This document shows, piece by piece, positions 8,822 through 18,899 of a stretch of 64,000 nucleotides of DNA. Within the stretch, counting starts at the first letter, position 1. Each line of letters starts with the position of its first letter. The stretch is from an uncultured Thermoplasmata archaeon (lineage in GTDB: Archaea > Thermoplasmatota > Thermoplasmata > SG8-5), in assembly GCA_964354755.1 (NCBI GenBank), contig CAYHBA010000001.1, positions 320,706 through 384,705 on the forward strand, in the 5' to 3' direction. A program made the translations under genes and the position numbers. Below the pieces are notes generated by a model. That model searched no databases and was not told where the DNA came from. It saw only the letters and a program-made list of their open reading frames with translations.

Positions 8822-9921
8822 TTTGCATCACCTTCCTTTTTTTCCTCCGCGGGAGGAGCCTCATCCTTGGCCGCGTCCCCCTCGGGGGCTGGTTCGGATG
8901 CGAGCGGGTCGACACCCGGCGCTTCGATAATCAGCTCCAGCTTCTTCTTGCCGGACTTTAATTTCCTGGCCGCGGTCTCCTCGTCCGCCAGCTCCTTCTC
9001 TCGTATCTCGATCTCCCTGGCCTTGGCCTTCTTCTCCTCGATTATCCTGGCCATCTCCTCCGGGGACGTGTCCAGGGAGACTTGGTTCAAGGGCCCGGTG
9101 AGTATATGAAGATTCTTGGCCTGGGTCGCCGTCACCTTCATTCTTGATGTTTTCTTGAGCGCCTCGAATACGGCGACGCTGTAATTGACAGTTGTCTTGG
9201 TGTGCCCCTTTGTGAGGCCCCAGGAATCCTTTATCCCTGCCATTGTGACGACTTTCTTGGCTATGTCCCCGAGTGCGAGCCCGACGCCCCTGGGCGCTGG
9301 CTTCAGCGTGACAATCACAGAGCCGCATTTTCCGTCGACCGCGAACGGTACTGTGTGCGGGGTCCCGCAGCCGCATTCCCATGAACCGCAGCCGCGTTTC
9401 ACCTCAATCATGTTGAGTTTGGCCTTGTCGATGGCATTCCGTATCGCCGGACCGACCTCCTTGCCCTTGGCCCGGCCCATTCCGACGAAGCCGTCGCCGT
9501 TGCCCACGACGGCCGTGATGGCGAACCTGACCCTGCGTCCCGAGTCGGTCATCCTCTGGACCATGTTGACGTCCAGGACCTCGTCCATGAGCTCGGGAAG
9601 AAGTATATCCACTATCTCCGGCTCCTTGATGGGGAGCCTTGTGGCAAGCGCGTCGCTCATCGTCGTTATCTTGCCTGAATAAACCAGCTTTCCAAGCTTG
9701 GTCTTCGGAACCCATGCAGCGCTCGACTTCGAGTCGTCCGGGCGCCTTTCCCTGCGTCCGCCCCCGGGTCCACCTGAAGAACCGCCCCTGGGCCCGCCTC
9801 TCGGACCTCCTGGCCCCCTCTGGCCGCCGCGGGGTGCGCCCCTCGGACCGCTCCTTGGGCCCGGCGGTCCCCTTCTGGGTCTGTCAGACGGTCCGTTTCT
9901 CTGTGGTTGCTCGTCAGCCAT
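8818..9921 (-). CDS. rps5: 30S ribosomal protein uS5 with N- and C-terminal extensions
   Basis: [18 protein letters not shown] and [10 protein letters not shown] motifs. Confidence 0.96.
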   Translation of the reverse strand: MADEQPQRNGPSDRPRRGPPGPRSGPRGAPRGGQRGPGGPRGGPRGGSSGGPGGGRRERRPDDSKSSAAWVPKTKLGKLVYSGKITTMSDALATRLPIKEPEIVDILLPELMDEVLDVNMVQRMTDSGRRVRFAITAVVGNGDGFVGMGRAKGKEVGPAIRNAIDKAKLNMIEVKRGCGSWECGCGTPHTVPFAVDGKCGSVIVTLKPAPRGVGLALGDIAKKVVTMAGIKDSWGLTKGHTKTTVNYSVAVFEALKKTSRMKVTATQAKNLHILTGPLNQVSLDTSPEEMARIIEEKKAKAREIEIREKELADEETAARKLKSGKKKLELIIEAPGVDPLASEPAPEGDAAKDEAPPAEEKKEGDAK

Positions 9922-9923
9922 GT

Positions 9924-10424
9924 CTAGCCCTCCCTGATCTTGCCGGCGACAGCCTCGAACATTTTAGCCACCTTTTCGTTAATGTGACTGCCTGATATGC
10001 GTTCCCCCGCAGGAAGAACCTCTTCGCTATGGGGAATCTCGATGCCCGCATCCAGCATCCCCTTGAGGGCCGCGAACACCTTTGTGCCCCTCTTGGGGGG
10101 CCTGAGACCCATGTCCAGCACGGCCTTTTTCACTCCGGCTTTCGAGGCCCTCTTTCCGGCCATGAAACCGGCTAGATAGGCCGAAGGTATGTTTCCGGTG
10201 GTGTGCTTCCAGCCCAGCTTTTCCAGCTCCATGGTGGTGGCTGTGGCCAGGACTGAGTCGCCCCGCGGGTTGAATTCGATGAACTGGACAATGGTGTTCT
10301 TGGATGTGCAGCGCACGACTGCCCTGGGCAGCCCCGAGGAAATGAGCTTGTGCCTCATCCTGTAGTCCGTCTTGCCCAGCCTCCGTCTTTTGAACGGCAC
10401 ATGGTATCTCGGTCCAGTCGCCAT
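9924..10424 (-). CDS. rpl18: 50S ribosomal protein uL18
   Basis: MATGPRY.V.F.RRR.GKTDY and [10 protein letters not shown] motifs. Confidence 0.96.
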   Translation of the reverse strand: MATGPRYHVPFKRRRLGKTDYRMRHKLISSGLPRAVVRCTSKNTIVQFIEFNPRGDSVLATATTMELEKLGWKHTTGNIPSAYLAGFMAGKRASKAGVKKAVLDMGLRPPKRGTKVFAALKGMLDAGIEIPHSEEVLPAGERISGSHINEKVAKMFEAVAGKIREG

Positions 10425-10426
10425 GT

Positions 10427-10924
10427 TCACTTCGCCTCCTGTGCAACAGGCGCCTGTGCGGATTCCGGCATGTCCTTCAGGTAACCCTGCAGTTTAAGCT
10501 GGGTGATTAGGTGGGCCTTATTCTTGAACATGCCGCCCTTGGCCTTCATATAGAATTGGCGGTATGTATGGTTGTCTATGGCTCCCTGATCCTTCAGTTC
10601 TCTGAGTTTCATCCTTACGGGACGGATGAGCCTAATCCACTCGCGCTTCCTGGGAGTCCTGGCATTTTGGCCTCCTTTCCGGCTGCCGGGCCCCCTGCGC
10701 CTGCCCTTGCCTTTCTGGGCATGGGCCTGTTTGGACCTGCCCGTGGACTTGCCCTTCTTCTGCTTGGCCTGTATCAGGCCCCACTTGATGGCCATCCTGA
10801 TGTCCTCTCGTGTTATGCAGTCCGCGACCTTCTTCATGTTGTCGGGGTCCGGGTCAATCCAGATCCTGTTCTCGCCGCATTTCAGCATCTCAGCGGCCAT
10901 CCTGCGCTGGTTCTTCAGGTTCAT
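10427..10924 (-). CDS. rpl19e: 50S ribosomal protein eL19
   Basis: QRRMAA..LKCG..RIWID, GPGSRKG and KAKGGMF motifs. Confidence 0.96.
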   Translation of the reverse strand: MNLKNQRRMAAEMLKCGENRIWIDPDPDNMKKVADCITREDIRMAIKWGLIQAKQKKGKSTGRSKQAHAQKGKGRRRGPGSRKGGQNARTPRKREWIRLIRPVRMKLRELKDQGAIDNHTYRQFYMKAKGGMFKNKAHLITQLKLQGYLKDMPESAQAPVAQEAK

Positions 10925-11502
10925 TTCTCCGCCTCCTTTGAAGGAAGTTCTATGCCCCGCTTCTTGGCTTCAGCCAATAGCTCGTCATGAGTCGCCCTGT
11001 CGAAATTGAGTATGCGTAGGTTCATCTCATCCGCCTTAAGCGCGATGTGCATCCTCTTCAGGTAACCAACCGAATGGCCTATTCTGACGGCCTGCTTCTT
11101 CGGGTCAAGATTATCGAGGTCTCCGGCATTGAAAACCATGACTTCCTGAAATCCCGATGGATGCCTGCCCCTGGCTGCTTTAGGGCCCCTGTAGCCGATA
11201 GACACAAAGCCGGGTTCTCCGCTGAAATGGCGTCGCAATTTGGAATGTATGCCCCTGGGCTTCCTCCATTGGGTGCCGACTCTTTTGTACCTGAACCATT
11301 CCTGCCTGTGGAATTCCGGCCTCCTGCGGTTCTTGTCCTGCCTGAGGTCAAGGGCAATTTTCTCGGATGGTGAAATATCCGGCTTGGCGCGGGGTTTGTA
11401 CTTCTTTTCCTTCTCGCTGTCCGCCTTGGGAATTTTTTCCTTCGCAGGTTTCTCCCCATTGGGGGATTTTGCTGCTTTGGCCTTCTTATCGTCCTCGGGC
11501 AT
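10921..11502 (-). CDS. rpl32e: 50S ribosomal protein eL32
   Basis: FHRQEW...WRKPRGIHSKLR and HPSGF motifs. Confidence 0.95.
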   Translation of the reverse strand: MPEDDKKAKAAKSPNGEKPAKEKIPKADSEKEKKYKPRAKPDISPSEKIALDLRQDKNRRRPEFHRQEWFRYKRVGTQWRKPRGIHSKLRRHFSGEPGFVSIGYRGPKAARGRHPSGFQEVMVFNAGDLDNLDPKKQAVRIGHSVGYLKRMHIALKADEMNLRILNFDRATHDELLAEAKKRGIELPSKEAEK

Positions 11503-12045
11503 TTAATTACCTCCCTTGCGCACAATGTATATCCCATCCTGAAACTTCCTTGGATCGTAATGTTTTATTATAGTGGCCTGTTCGATATTCGCTGCGGTCT
11601 GGCCCACAAGTTCCAGGTCAATTCCGGAGACCATGACTTCGTCGCCCTTGACTGCGACCTTGGTCCCGCCAAGTATCTTGGCCTTCCTGGGGAATTTCTC
11701 GCCCAGGAAGTTCTCAATCATGAAATCCGTCCCCTTGACGGCCGTCTTCACCGGGAAGTGCGAGTAAACTATCTTCATCTTGTACTCGAATCCCTTGGTC
11801 ACTCCCTCTATCATATTGTTGATGTGGGACCTTATGGTTCCCTGGAGGGCATATTCCTTTCTCTTGGGGAGTGTGCATGTTAAAATCACATTGGATACTT
11901 CCTTGGATATTTTCACGCGGGATGTGGGGAATTCCCTTGCCAGCGTTCCCTTGGGTCCTGTGACCGTGACCTTCATTCCCTCGACCTGGACCGTGATGCC
12001 CTTGGGAATCGCTATTGTATCCTTTCCCTGTCCTGTAACCGGCAT
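11503..12045 (-). CDS. rpl6: 50S ribosomal protein uL6
   Basis: GPKG, YSHFP, NFLGEK and DPRKFQDGIY motifs. Confidence 0.96.
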   Translation of the reverse strand: MPVTGQGKDTIAIPKGITVQVEGMKVTVTGPKGTLAREFPTSRVKISKEVSNVILTCTLPKRKEYALQGTIRSHINNMIEGVTKGFEYKMKIVYSHFPVKTAVKGTDFMIENFLGEKFPRKAKILGGTKVAVKGDEVMVSGIDLELVGQTAANIEQATIIKHYDPRKFQDGIYIVRKGGN

Positions 12046-12054
12046 TGTCTCACC

Positions 12055-12444
12055 TCAGTACACGTATGCCAGCAACCTGCCGCCAAGCCCTTGTCTCTTG
12101 GCCTCGGTATGGTTGATGACACCCTTCGTCGTGGTCAGTATCAATAGTCCGAAGTCCTGGGCCGGAAGGTACCTGGCCTCGAATTTCTCGAGGTCCACCT
12201 TCTTCACCGAGAACCTTGGCTTGATAACGCCGCATCCGTTGATGCTTCCGTTCAACACAACGCGGAAGGACCCAGCCCTCCCGTCTTCTATATACTCGAA
12301 TTGCGAGATGTAATTGCCGTCCTGCATTATCTTCAGTACACGGCCGATGAGCTTGGAGGACGGTGAAATAATGCATTCCCTCTTGCCGACTGTCTCGGCG
12401 TTCTTTATCTGCGACATCGCATCGTTCAGTGGGTCATGTTGCAT
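12055..12444 (-). CDS. rps8: 30S ribosomal protein uS8
   Basis: [14 protein letters not shown] and GGRLLAYVY motifs. Confidence 0.96.
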   Translation of the reverse strand: MQHDPLNDAMSQIKNAETVGKRECIISPSSKLIGRVLKIMQDGNYISQFEYIEDGRAGSFRVVLNGSINGCGVIKPRFSVKKVDLEKFEARYLPAQDFGLLILTTTKGVINHTEAKRQGLGGRLLAYVY

Positions 12445-12456
12445 TCTTTCGTCCTC

Positions 12457-12603
12457 CTAGGAGTACTTCTTGAAGCCTATCTTGGGGGCCATATCCCTGA
12501 AGCACTGCCTGCAGAGCCTCAGGCCGTAACGCCTGACCATGCCGCGCTTCCTTCCGCAGCGCCTGCAGCCAACCTTCCTCCCGAAGACCTTCTTCGGTTT
12601 CAT
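12457..12603 (-). CDS. rps14: 30S ribosomal protein uS14 (Zn-binding)
   Basis: Manual translation [48 protein letters not shown], with a GGAGGT SD. Below the ORF-track length cut-off. Confidence 0.95.
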   Translation of the reverse strand: MKPKKVFGRKVGCRRCGRKRGMVRRYGLRLCRQCFRDMAPKIGFKKYS

Positions 12604-12629
12604 TCAGATACCTCCGGCAGTAAATGTAA

Positions 12630-13157
12630 TCAAGATATCACCTCGACTTTGAACTTGTTCTTGACGAAGGCCATGCCCTCCTCCTTCGTGATGCGCTGCT
12701 TCGGGGGCAGCTTGCTCGATGAAAGGTTCCTGTCAGACACGCGCCTGCCCGGTCTTGCCAGCGTGACGCAGACATCCAGGCCGAGTATGCCAATCTGGGG
12801 GTCGTATCGCATTCCCTCGAAGTCTGTGTAGTCAGATATCCCGAGGGAAAAATTGCCTTCCTGGTCGAACGAGTAGTCTGCTATTCTGTTCTCCTTTACC
12901 CAGAATGCTCTGGCTATGAAGTCCTCTGCGGCCTGGCGCCTGAGAGTCACCTTGCAGCCTATCGGCATGCCCTTCCTGATGCCCCAGTCCCTGTTCGTGG
13001 TCTTGGACTTGGTGCGGACCGGGGTGGCTTTCGTGAGCATCGCCAGGACCTTCTCAGCCTTTTCAAGGTTCTCGCCGGCCTCGCCGACGCCGATATTGAT
13101 TACCGCTTTCTGGACGCGTATCATCCTCATCTTGCCGCTCGCCCCGGTCTTCTTCAT
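12630..13157 (-). CDS. rpl5: 50S ribosomal protein uL5
   Basis: NIGVGE, IGCKVTLR, GNFSLGI and YDPQIGILG motifs. Confidence 0.96.
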   Translation of the reverse strand: MKKTGASGKMRMIRVQKAVINIGVGEAGENLEKAEKVLAMLTKATPVRTKSKTTNRDWGIRKGMPIGCKVTLRRQAAEDFIARAFWVKENRIADYSFDQEGNFSLGISDYTDFEGMRYDPQIGILGLDVCVTLARPGRRVSDRNLSSSKLPPKQRITKEEGMAFVKNKFKVEVIS

Positions 13158-13864
13158 AAGGCGTTCACCTCCGGAAGCGTTATCTCCGAGGATTCCCCGC
13201 CGACCATGAACACATAGTCCTTTACGGTCGAGAAACCGTCCTTGAACTTCACCAGGTTCGGGGTCGAGCTCCTTGTGACAATAAGCGCTTCCACCGTCCC
13301 AAACTGGCCGATATGGGTGCCCCCGGTCAGGTACGCGATGTTGCCCTCCTTGAATTCGTGCACTCCGAGTATTCTCTGGTCGGGTATGGAGATTTTAAGG
13401 GTGTCGCCGGTCTTCCTGACATTCTTGTCCAGGACAATGTTCCTGCCGTCATGGAGGTTGAGTTGTATCCTGCCGTCCTTGATCGTTGTCTTGTTCTCTA
13501 TGCGGACAAGCTTCCACTTCGCCTCTTCAGGCATTATCCTCATCAACCTGAAATGACCGTTCCTGTCGAGAAGCAGCCTGAAATGTTCCTTGCTGGCAGG
13601 GATGGATATCACATCCATGATGCCCACCGGGGCCTTGAAGTGTGTCGCCACCTTGCCATCGATGAATATCTTCCTCTCGCCTATGATGCGCCTGGCCTCT
13701 CTGGCCGAGTCGCAGTATCCTGCAAGGTCCCTGAGCACGACCAGGAGGGGCATGCTCCTCTCTATCGGATGGGCCCCGGGGATCTGCTTGGTGATCCATA
13801 CATGGGTCTTCCGGCCTACTGGCCAGGATGTCGGCGCTGTGAGCCTCTTCATGTGTTTGCTCAT
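13154..13864 (-). CDS. rps4e: 30S ribosomal protein eS4
   Basis: HMKRLTAP.SW, QLNLHDGRN and TGGTHIG motifs. Confidence 0.96.
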   Translation of the reverse strand: MSKHMKRLTAPTSWPVGRKTHVWITKQIPGAHPIERSMPLLVVLRDLAGYCDSAREARRIIGERKIFIDGKVATHFKAPVGIMDVISIPASKEHFRLLLDRNGHFRLMRIMPEEAKWKLVRIENKTTIKDGRIQLNLHDGRNIVLDKNVRKTGDTLKISIPDQRILGVHEFKEGNIAYLTGGTHIGQFGTVEALIVTRSSTPNLVKFKDGFSTVKDYVFMVGGESSEITLPEVNAL

Positions 13865-13867
13865 TGT

Positions 13868-14260
13868 CTATCCCTCCTTCAGCCTTTCAAGCTTCTCCTT
13901 CCTTCTCGCATCGGACAGGTTGAGCTTGGTGATTATCACATTGGACGGGGAAATCTTCCTGGCAATCTGAGTTTTATCCGCTTTCGGGATGGTGATTCCC
14001 TCCAGCCCAATGGCCATGTTCCTTGTGAAAATATCTGTGACTATGGCTTCCTTTCCCAGGATATCCTCGTCGCCCCTTACTATCTTGACAACATCGCCCT
14101 TTATTACCGGGAGAGACCTGCAATTGTACTGCTTGATCAGGTCGTTCCCGCTGTCGCCGCACAGGTGCGCGGAAATCAGCTTGCGCTTGTTGTGGGGCTT
14201 GGCCGTGGCACGCCCCTTCCTCTGCTTCCTTGGCTGCTTTGATGACACTGATGCTGGCAT
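13868..14260 (-). CDS. rpl24: 50S ribosomal protein uL24
   Basis: SKQPRKQRK, KGDVVKIVRG and PSNVIITKL motifs. Confidence 0.95.
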   Translation of the reverse strand: MPASVSSKQPRKQRKGRATAKPHNKRKLISAHLCGDSGNDLIKQYNCRSLPVIKGDVVKIVRGDEDILGKEAIVTDIFTRNMAIGLEGITIPKADKTQIARKISPSNVIITKLNLSDARRKEKLERLKEG

Positions 14261-14269
14261 GTTGATCCC

Positions 14270-14677
14270 TCACACAATGATGGATGCCGTCGCGGCTATC
14301 CTGGGCCACCTTTCGGCGGCCTCCCTGGCCACCGGCCCCTTTATGTCCGAGCCCTTTGTCTCGCCGTTCTCGGCCGTGATAACCACGGCATTGTCTTCGA
14401 ACTGGACCATTGTACCGTCCGAGCGTCTGAATGGTCTCTTCTGCCTCACTATGACGGCATGCAGAATCTGCCTTCTCATCTCAGGGGTTCCCTTCTTGAC
14501 GCTGACTATTATGAGGTCGCCTATCCCGGCCATCGGATACCTTCTGTGCGTACCGTGGTATTTGGGGACGGCAATGACCTCAACAATCTTGGCACCGGTG
14601 TTGTCTATGCAATCCAGCTGGGCGCCCGTGGGTATCCCCCTTGTCTGATTTCCCGCCAGTCCTTTCATCTTCATCAC
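14270..14677 (-). CDS. rpl14: 50S ribosomal protein uL14
   Basis: DNTGAK, FEDNAVV and [12 protein letters not shown] motifs; exact start among three Met codons is uncertain. Confidence 0.96.
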   Translation of the reverse strand: MMKMKGLAGNQTRGIPTGAQLDCIDNTGAKIVEVIAVPKYHGTHRRYPMAGIGDLIIVSVKKGTPEMRRQILHAVIVRQKRPFRRSDGTMVQFEDNAVVITAENGETKGSDIKGPVAREAAERWPRIAATASIIV

Positions 14678-15132
14678 TCCTTATTTATTTTCTCGATTAT
14701 GACGAACGAGACCTGCTTGCTGAGTGGCCTGCATTCCATTATCTTGACATGGTCGCCAACTTTGATGTCCAGGCATGGAGGATTGTGCACCATGTACTTG
14801 CTCGACCTCTTCTCCAGCCTTTCGTACTTTCGGTTCTTTCTCATGTATTGCTTCTTGACCACTGCTGTCAGCTGCATCTTTGTGGACACGATGTCCCCCT
14901 CGAGTATCTGGCCCCTTACGGGGAGCGTTCCGTGGAAGGGGCAGTCCCTGTCCGCGCATGCCTTTCCTGGGGCTTTGACATCGATGCCTATGCCCGATGC
15001 GTCCTTCTGCTTGGCCGGCGCGGGTGTCTTGGGCTGGCTTTTCCTTACTGTCGCCCTCTTGGGTTTTACAGCTGGCTGCTTCGGTGCCGGTTCCGCTTTC
15101 GCCCCGTCCGTGTTTGCCTTTGCGTTTGTCAT
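14674..15132 (-). CDS. rps17: 30S ribosomal protein uS17 with N-terminal extension
   Basis: [22 protein letters not shown] and ECRPLSK motifs. Confidence 0.95.
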   Translation of the reverse strand: MTNAKANTDGAKAEPAPKQPAVKPKRATVRKSQPKTPAPAKQKDASGIGIDVKAPGKACADRDCPFHGTLPVRGQILEGDIVSTKMQLTAVVKKQYMRKNRKYERLEKRSSKYMVHNPPCLDIKVGDHVKIMECRPLSKQVSFVIIEKINKE

Positions 15133-15446
15133 TCTTTCGCCTCCTGCGTTTCAGCAGGTGAATTATTGACCTTGATCTGCTCGCCTTTCTTGACCTTCTT
15201 GGTCCTGTCCTCGGACCTGAACATAATACCGCTGCCCATCAGCATGACATCCTGTCCGCTCTCCAGGTGGAAGAGGAAATCCCTTCCCTGCTTCGGGACC
15301 ATTATCCGCCTGTTTCCGGAGAGCAGTCTGAAGGTATTCATGGTCTCGTCTATGACCAGGCCTGCGTGTTCGGGTGCGCCGCCCCTAAGGACAGTGACCC
15401 TGAGGCCTATCAGTTCGTGGCTGCCCAGGTTTTCGGGCGTTCTCAT
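15129..15446 (-). CDS. rnp1: Ribonuclease P protein component 1 (Rpp29/Pop4)
   Basis: HELIGL.V, G.VIDET.NT and VPK motifs; start ATG 15446 follows a GGAGG SD. Confidence 0.9.
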   Translation of the reverse strand: MRTPENLGSHELIGLRVTVLRGGAPEHAGLVIDETMNTFRLLSGNRRIMVPKQGRDFLFHLESGQDVMLMGSGIMFRSEDRTKKVKKGEQIKVNNSPAETQEAKE

Positions 15447-15471
15447 GGACGCCCTCCCATGCAAACCGTTC

Positions 15472-15783
15472 TCATGGCATGTCCCCCTTGACTTCCACCT
15501 TGAAACCCATCTCAGCGAGAACTTTCTTGACCTTCTTGACATGGTCACCCTGGAGTTCTATGTTTCCGGCTTTGATGGTCCCCCCGGCAGCGCACTTGGT
15601 TTTCAGGGTCCTGGCAAGCTCCTCCACATTGATGTCGGAGGTGTTTATGCCCGTGACCACCGTAACCAACTTGCCGTACCGGCGCTTGTCGCTCCGGATG
15701 ATTATCTGCTGCTGCTCCCTGGCAATCTCCTCGCACATGCAAAGCTCTTCGGGGAGCCCGCAGACTGAGCATATTCCGGCCAT
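15472..15783 (-). CDS. sui1: Translation factor SUI1 (aIF1)
   Basis: CGLPEELC.CEEIA, RRYGK.VT and IELQGDH motifs. Confidence 0.95.
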   Translation of the reverse strand: MAGICSVCGLPEELCMCEEIAREQQQIIIRSDKRRYGKLVTVVTGINTSDINVEELARTLKTKCAAGGTIKAGNIELQGDHVKKVKKVLAEMGFKVEVKGDMP

Positions 15784-16013
15784 TATTTGCTGGCCTCCGT
15801 TTTTGTTTTCCCGGCTAATGCAACCTCTCTCTGGATTGTCAGTATTCTCGAAATGTTCTTTCTAAGCGAGCGTATCTTTCCCGGGCTCGTTGGAGCGCCG
15901 CCCATGGCGCCAAGCCCTCTCTCGTGCATTAGCTCGTCCCTCAGTTCCTTGAGTTTTTCCGCCCTCACATCGGGTGTCATCTGCCTTATCTCACTCGGCT
16001 TTAGCTGGGTCAT
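15783..16013 (-). CDS. rpl29: 50S ribosomal protein uL29
   Basis: EIR.M...KL.EL..EL...PGKIR.LRKNISRILT pattern. Confidence 0.93.
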   Translation of the reverse strand: MTQLKPSEIRQMTPDVRAEKLKELRDELMHERGLGAMGGAPTSPGKIRSLRKNISRILTIQREVALAGKTKTEASK

Positions 16014-16905
16014 GGACTCCCTCCTTCGGTGTCTCCGTTTCGTGCTTTTTTTCAGCGGGTGCTTCTGTCTGAATTGGTTCCTCGGCTTTCTTCTTCTTCT
16101 GCACTGGCTTTTCCGGTTGCTCGGGTGTCGCCTGTGCCGGTTTGGCCACTGCGGGTTCCGCCGGTGCAGCCAGCTGAGCCGGTTCCTCGACCTTCTTCCT
16201 CCTCTGAGCGGGTTTTTCCGGTTGCTCGGGCATTTTACCCGGAGCTTGGGTGGGCTCCTCCACCGGTGCTTGGGCTTGTTGCGGAGCCTCAGCCTGAGCT
16301 GGCTCTTGGGCCGGTTCTCTGATGTTCACCTCGTCGGGCAATCTCGCCTTCGGATGCATTATCTGGACCTTCACGCCGATGATGCCCGGCTTCAGCTTGG
16401 CCGGTGTGAAACCTTCCTCCATCCATTGGAGTTTAGGCTCGCCGCAGAATTTGATGTGGCCCTCCTTGAACTTCTCTGTCCTGTGCCTCTGGCCGGTGAG
16501 CTTGCCGGATATTATTACCTGGCAGCCTCTGGCTCCGTTGTCCATTATCCTGCGGACCGTGGAGTGGCCGGCCCTCCTGAAGTGCCATCCCCTCTCGAGG
16601 GCTGAGGCGAGCTTTTCCGACATTATCTGGGCGTTCAGGTTTGGGTTTTCCACCTCCACGACCTCGACCTGCGGCTTGTCGAACCCGAAGTCGAACTGAA
16701 TGGCATCCGTGAGGGCTTTTATGCTGTCCCCCTTCCTGCCTATTACAAGCCCCGGTCTCTCGGTGTACAGCGTCACCCTGGTGCCCATGGGTGTGCGTTG
16801 GATGTCGGCTCCCCCGAATCCTGCGCGTTTCACCTCCTCCTTGAGATATTCGCGGAGCAATGCCCTCTTCACGTTTATGTCGACAAATGCGCGCTCGCCA
16901 GCCAT
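15991..16905 (-). CDS. rps3: 30S ribosomal protein uS3 with a long P/A/E/K-rich tail
   Basis: RPGLVIGRKG, GWHFRRAG and SGKLTG motifs. Confidence 0.96.
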   Translation of the reverse strand: MAGERAFVDINVKRALLREYLKEEVKRAGFGGADIQRTPMGTRVTLYTERPGLVIGRKGDSIKALTDAIQFDFGFDKPQVEVVEVENPNLNAQIMSEKLASALERGWHFRRAGHSTVRRIMDNGARGCQVIISGKLTGQRHRTEKFKEGHIKFCGEPKLQWMEEGFTPAKLKPGIIGVKVQIMHPKARLPDEVNIREPAQEPAQAEAPQQAQAPVEEPTQAPGKMPEQPEKPAQRRKKVEEPAQLAAPAEPAVAKPAQATPEQPEKPVQKKKKAEEPIQTEAPAEKKHETETPKEGVHDPAKAE

Positions 16906-16907
16906 GC

Positions 16908-17384
16908 CTATTCCTCCATCATCTCGAGTATTATCTCGATGTTCACTGTCTCCTGGTTGAACTTCTCCCAGCGGCCGTGGGCCCTCGGCATGTAGCCCTT
17001 GGTCACCCTGCCCCGCGAAGCTGCGGCGGTCGCAATCTTGAGGTTCTCCTTGTCGCCAAGGTCGTCTATGGACTTGTCCGCGTTCATCTGCGCACTCTCG
17101 ACAACCGTCAGAATGGCTTTGGCTGCCTTCACCGGGAATCTGCCCGGGCCGGCGCCTTTGGTCGCATATCCGCTCCTTCTGCGGTGCGGAACCATGCTGT
17201 TGTATCTCCTGAACGGCACGGCCTCCTTCTTGTCTATGACATTCTGGAGCAGGTCAATGGCAGATGTTATAGGGAGGCCCCTGATGGCCCTGCATATCTC
17301 GACCGAGTGCTTCGGGGAGATGGGCAGTTCCTTGCCTGTGGCCCTTGCCATTTTTTCCGGGTCGAATTTACCTGTGTATCCCAT
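16908..17384 (-). CDS. rpl22: 50S ribosomal protein uL22
   Basis: ISPKHSVEIC, GRFPVKAA and PRAHGR motifs. Confidence 0.95.
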   Translation of the reverse strand: MGYTGKFDPEKMARATGKELPISPKHSVEICRAIRGLPITSAIDLLQNVIDKKEAVPFRRYNSMVPHRRRSGYATKGAGPGRFPVKAAKAILTVVESAQMNADKSIDDLGDKENLKIATAAASRGRVTKGYMPRAHGRWEKFNQETVNIEIILEMMEE

Positions 17385-17396
17385 TTCATCACATCC

Positions 17397-17861
17397 TCAC
17401 TTGAGCGGCATGAACTTGGAGGACCTCGTCGCCCCCACGCCCGGCCCGGAGTGCTTAACGGCACCCCTCGTCGGAGCGAACTCCCCGAGGTAGTGGCCTA
17501 TCATCTCCGGCTTGATCTCGAATTCCAGATATTTGCTGCCATTGTAAACAGCCACACGCTTCCCGATGAAGTTCGGCAGGATTACAATCTGCCTTCGGTG
17601 GGTCTTCAGCACGGGCTTGTGCCCGGTGAGAAGCCTGTCCACGAAAACCTGTTCTTCGGAGTTAAGGCCCCGCGTATACGAGCGCCTGGCCCTGGACGGG
17701 AGCAACGGCAGAATCTCGCCCATCGGCATCTTCTGCAACTCCTCCACGGTGAAGCCCTGGAACGTGAATTCCTTCTTCTTCCTTGCCGTGATTGCGCCCT
17801 TCTTCTTCCTCGCCTTTCTCCTGGCTGCCTTCGGCGACGGCCCCTTGCCTGGCCTGGTCAT
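17397..17861 (-). CDS. rps19: 30S ribosomal protein uS19
   Basis: KTHRR, GHYLGEF and GVGATRSSKFMPLK motifs. Confidence 0.96.
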   Translation of the reverse strand: MTRPGKGPSPKAARRKARKKKGAITARKKKEFTFQGFTVEELQKMPMGEILPLLPSRARRSYTRGLNSEEQVFVDRLLTGHKPVLKTHRRQIVILPNFIGKRVAVYNGSKYLEFEIKPEMIGHYLGEFAPTRGAVKHSGPGVGATRSSKFMPLK

Positions 17862-17863
17862 GG

Positions 17864-18574
17864 TTATTCATCCCTCCCTTTGTTCTTCTTTCTCTGAGGA
17901 GACAGTCTGCCAACCTTTCTGCCTGGCGGCGTATTGCGGCCGACAGTACTCTGGGTACCGACATGTGGGTGGCCCCCGCCCCCGTGCGGGTGGTTGCAGG
18001 CGTTCATTGCCACGCCTTTCACCTTCTTGTTCCTCTTTGCCTTGCTTATGCAGCTGTAATACTTGTTGCCAGCCTTGGCAAAGGGCTTGTCCGACCTGCC
18101 AGAGTTGGCCAATATGCCTATGGTCGCAAAGCATCTGCCGTCGAAGTCTTTCAGTGCGCCAGACGGCATCTGGACAGTGACCTTGCCGCTGCGGGTTATG
18201 ATGGCCGCATAGGTTCCCGCTGTGCGGACATACTTTCCGCCGTCACCCGGCACAGATTCTATGTTATGGACCAGTGTTCCTTCCGGGATCTCCTGGAGTG
18301 GAAGTATGTTCCCCATCTCTATCGGGACGCCGGAGCCCATTGTGATTGTCTGGTTGATTCTCATGCCCTCGGGGACAAGCAGCAGTGCGAACCTGTCGCC
18401 GAATTGGACCTTTGCCATAGGAGCGCTCCTGCCCGGGGCGTGGAATATGTCCACGACTGTTCCCTGACCCACGACGTTCCTCGGGTAACCCGGAACGCCC
18501 TTGTGCCTGTGGCTTGGCGACCTGTATGTGGAGCCGCCCTTTCCCCGTCTCTGCGGGATTATCGGTTTTCCCAT
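17864..18574 (-). CDS. rpl2: 50S ribosomal protein uL2
   Basis: QRRGKG, PGDGGK, GVAMN..HPHGGG and PPGRKVG motifs. Confidence 0.97.
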   Translation of the reverse strand: MGKPIIPQRRGKGGSTYRSPSHRHKGVPGYPRNVVGQGTVVDIFHAPGRSAPMAKVQFGDRFALLLVPEGMRINQTITMGSGVPIEMGNILPLQEIPEGTLVHNIESVPGDGGKYVRTAGTYAAIITRSGKVTVQMPSGALKDFDGRCFATIGILANSGRSDKPFAKAGNKYYSCISKAKRNKKVKGVAMNACNHPHGGGGHPHVGTQSTVGRNTPPGRKVGRLSPQRKKNKGRDE

Positions 18575-18620
18575 TTCAATTCCCTCCTAGTTACATTAAT
18601 CGTATTCATGAATATCAGCC

Positions 18621-18899
18621 TCAGAATATCCCCAGCCTCATCCCGACTTCCTCCGCGGAAAAGTCCTTGGTGAGCAGGATAATGGCATGCTTGCCGTTCA
18701 TCGTTATGCGGGTGTTCACGCGCTGGACCTTCACATCGTATCTCTTCTCGAATGCTTCCTTAATTTCCTTCTTGGTCGCGTCCCTGCGCACAATGAACTC
18801 AAGCCTGTTCCCGTCCCTGTTTTCCTGTTTGGGCGAGCCCGAGATGTGGTTCATGGATTTTTCTGTGACATAGGGCGTCAGTAAAACCTGTTTCGGCAT
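18621..18899 (-). CDS. rpl23: 50S ribosomal protein uL23
   Basis: PYVTEKS, FIV...ATK.EIK and VNT motifs. Confidence 0.93.
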   Translation of the reverse strand: MPKQVLLTPYVTEKSMNHISGSPKQENRDGNRLEFIVRRDATKKEIKEAFEKRYDVKVQRVNTRITMNGKHAIILLTKDFSAEEVGMRLGIF

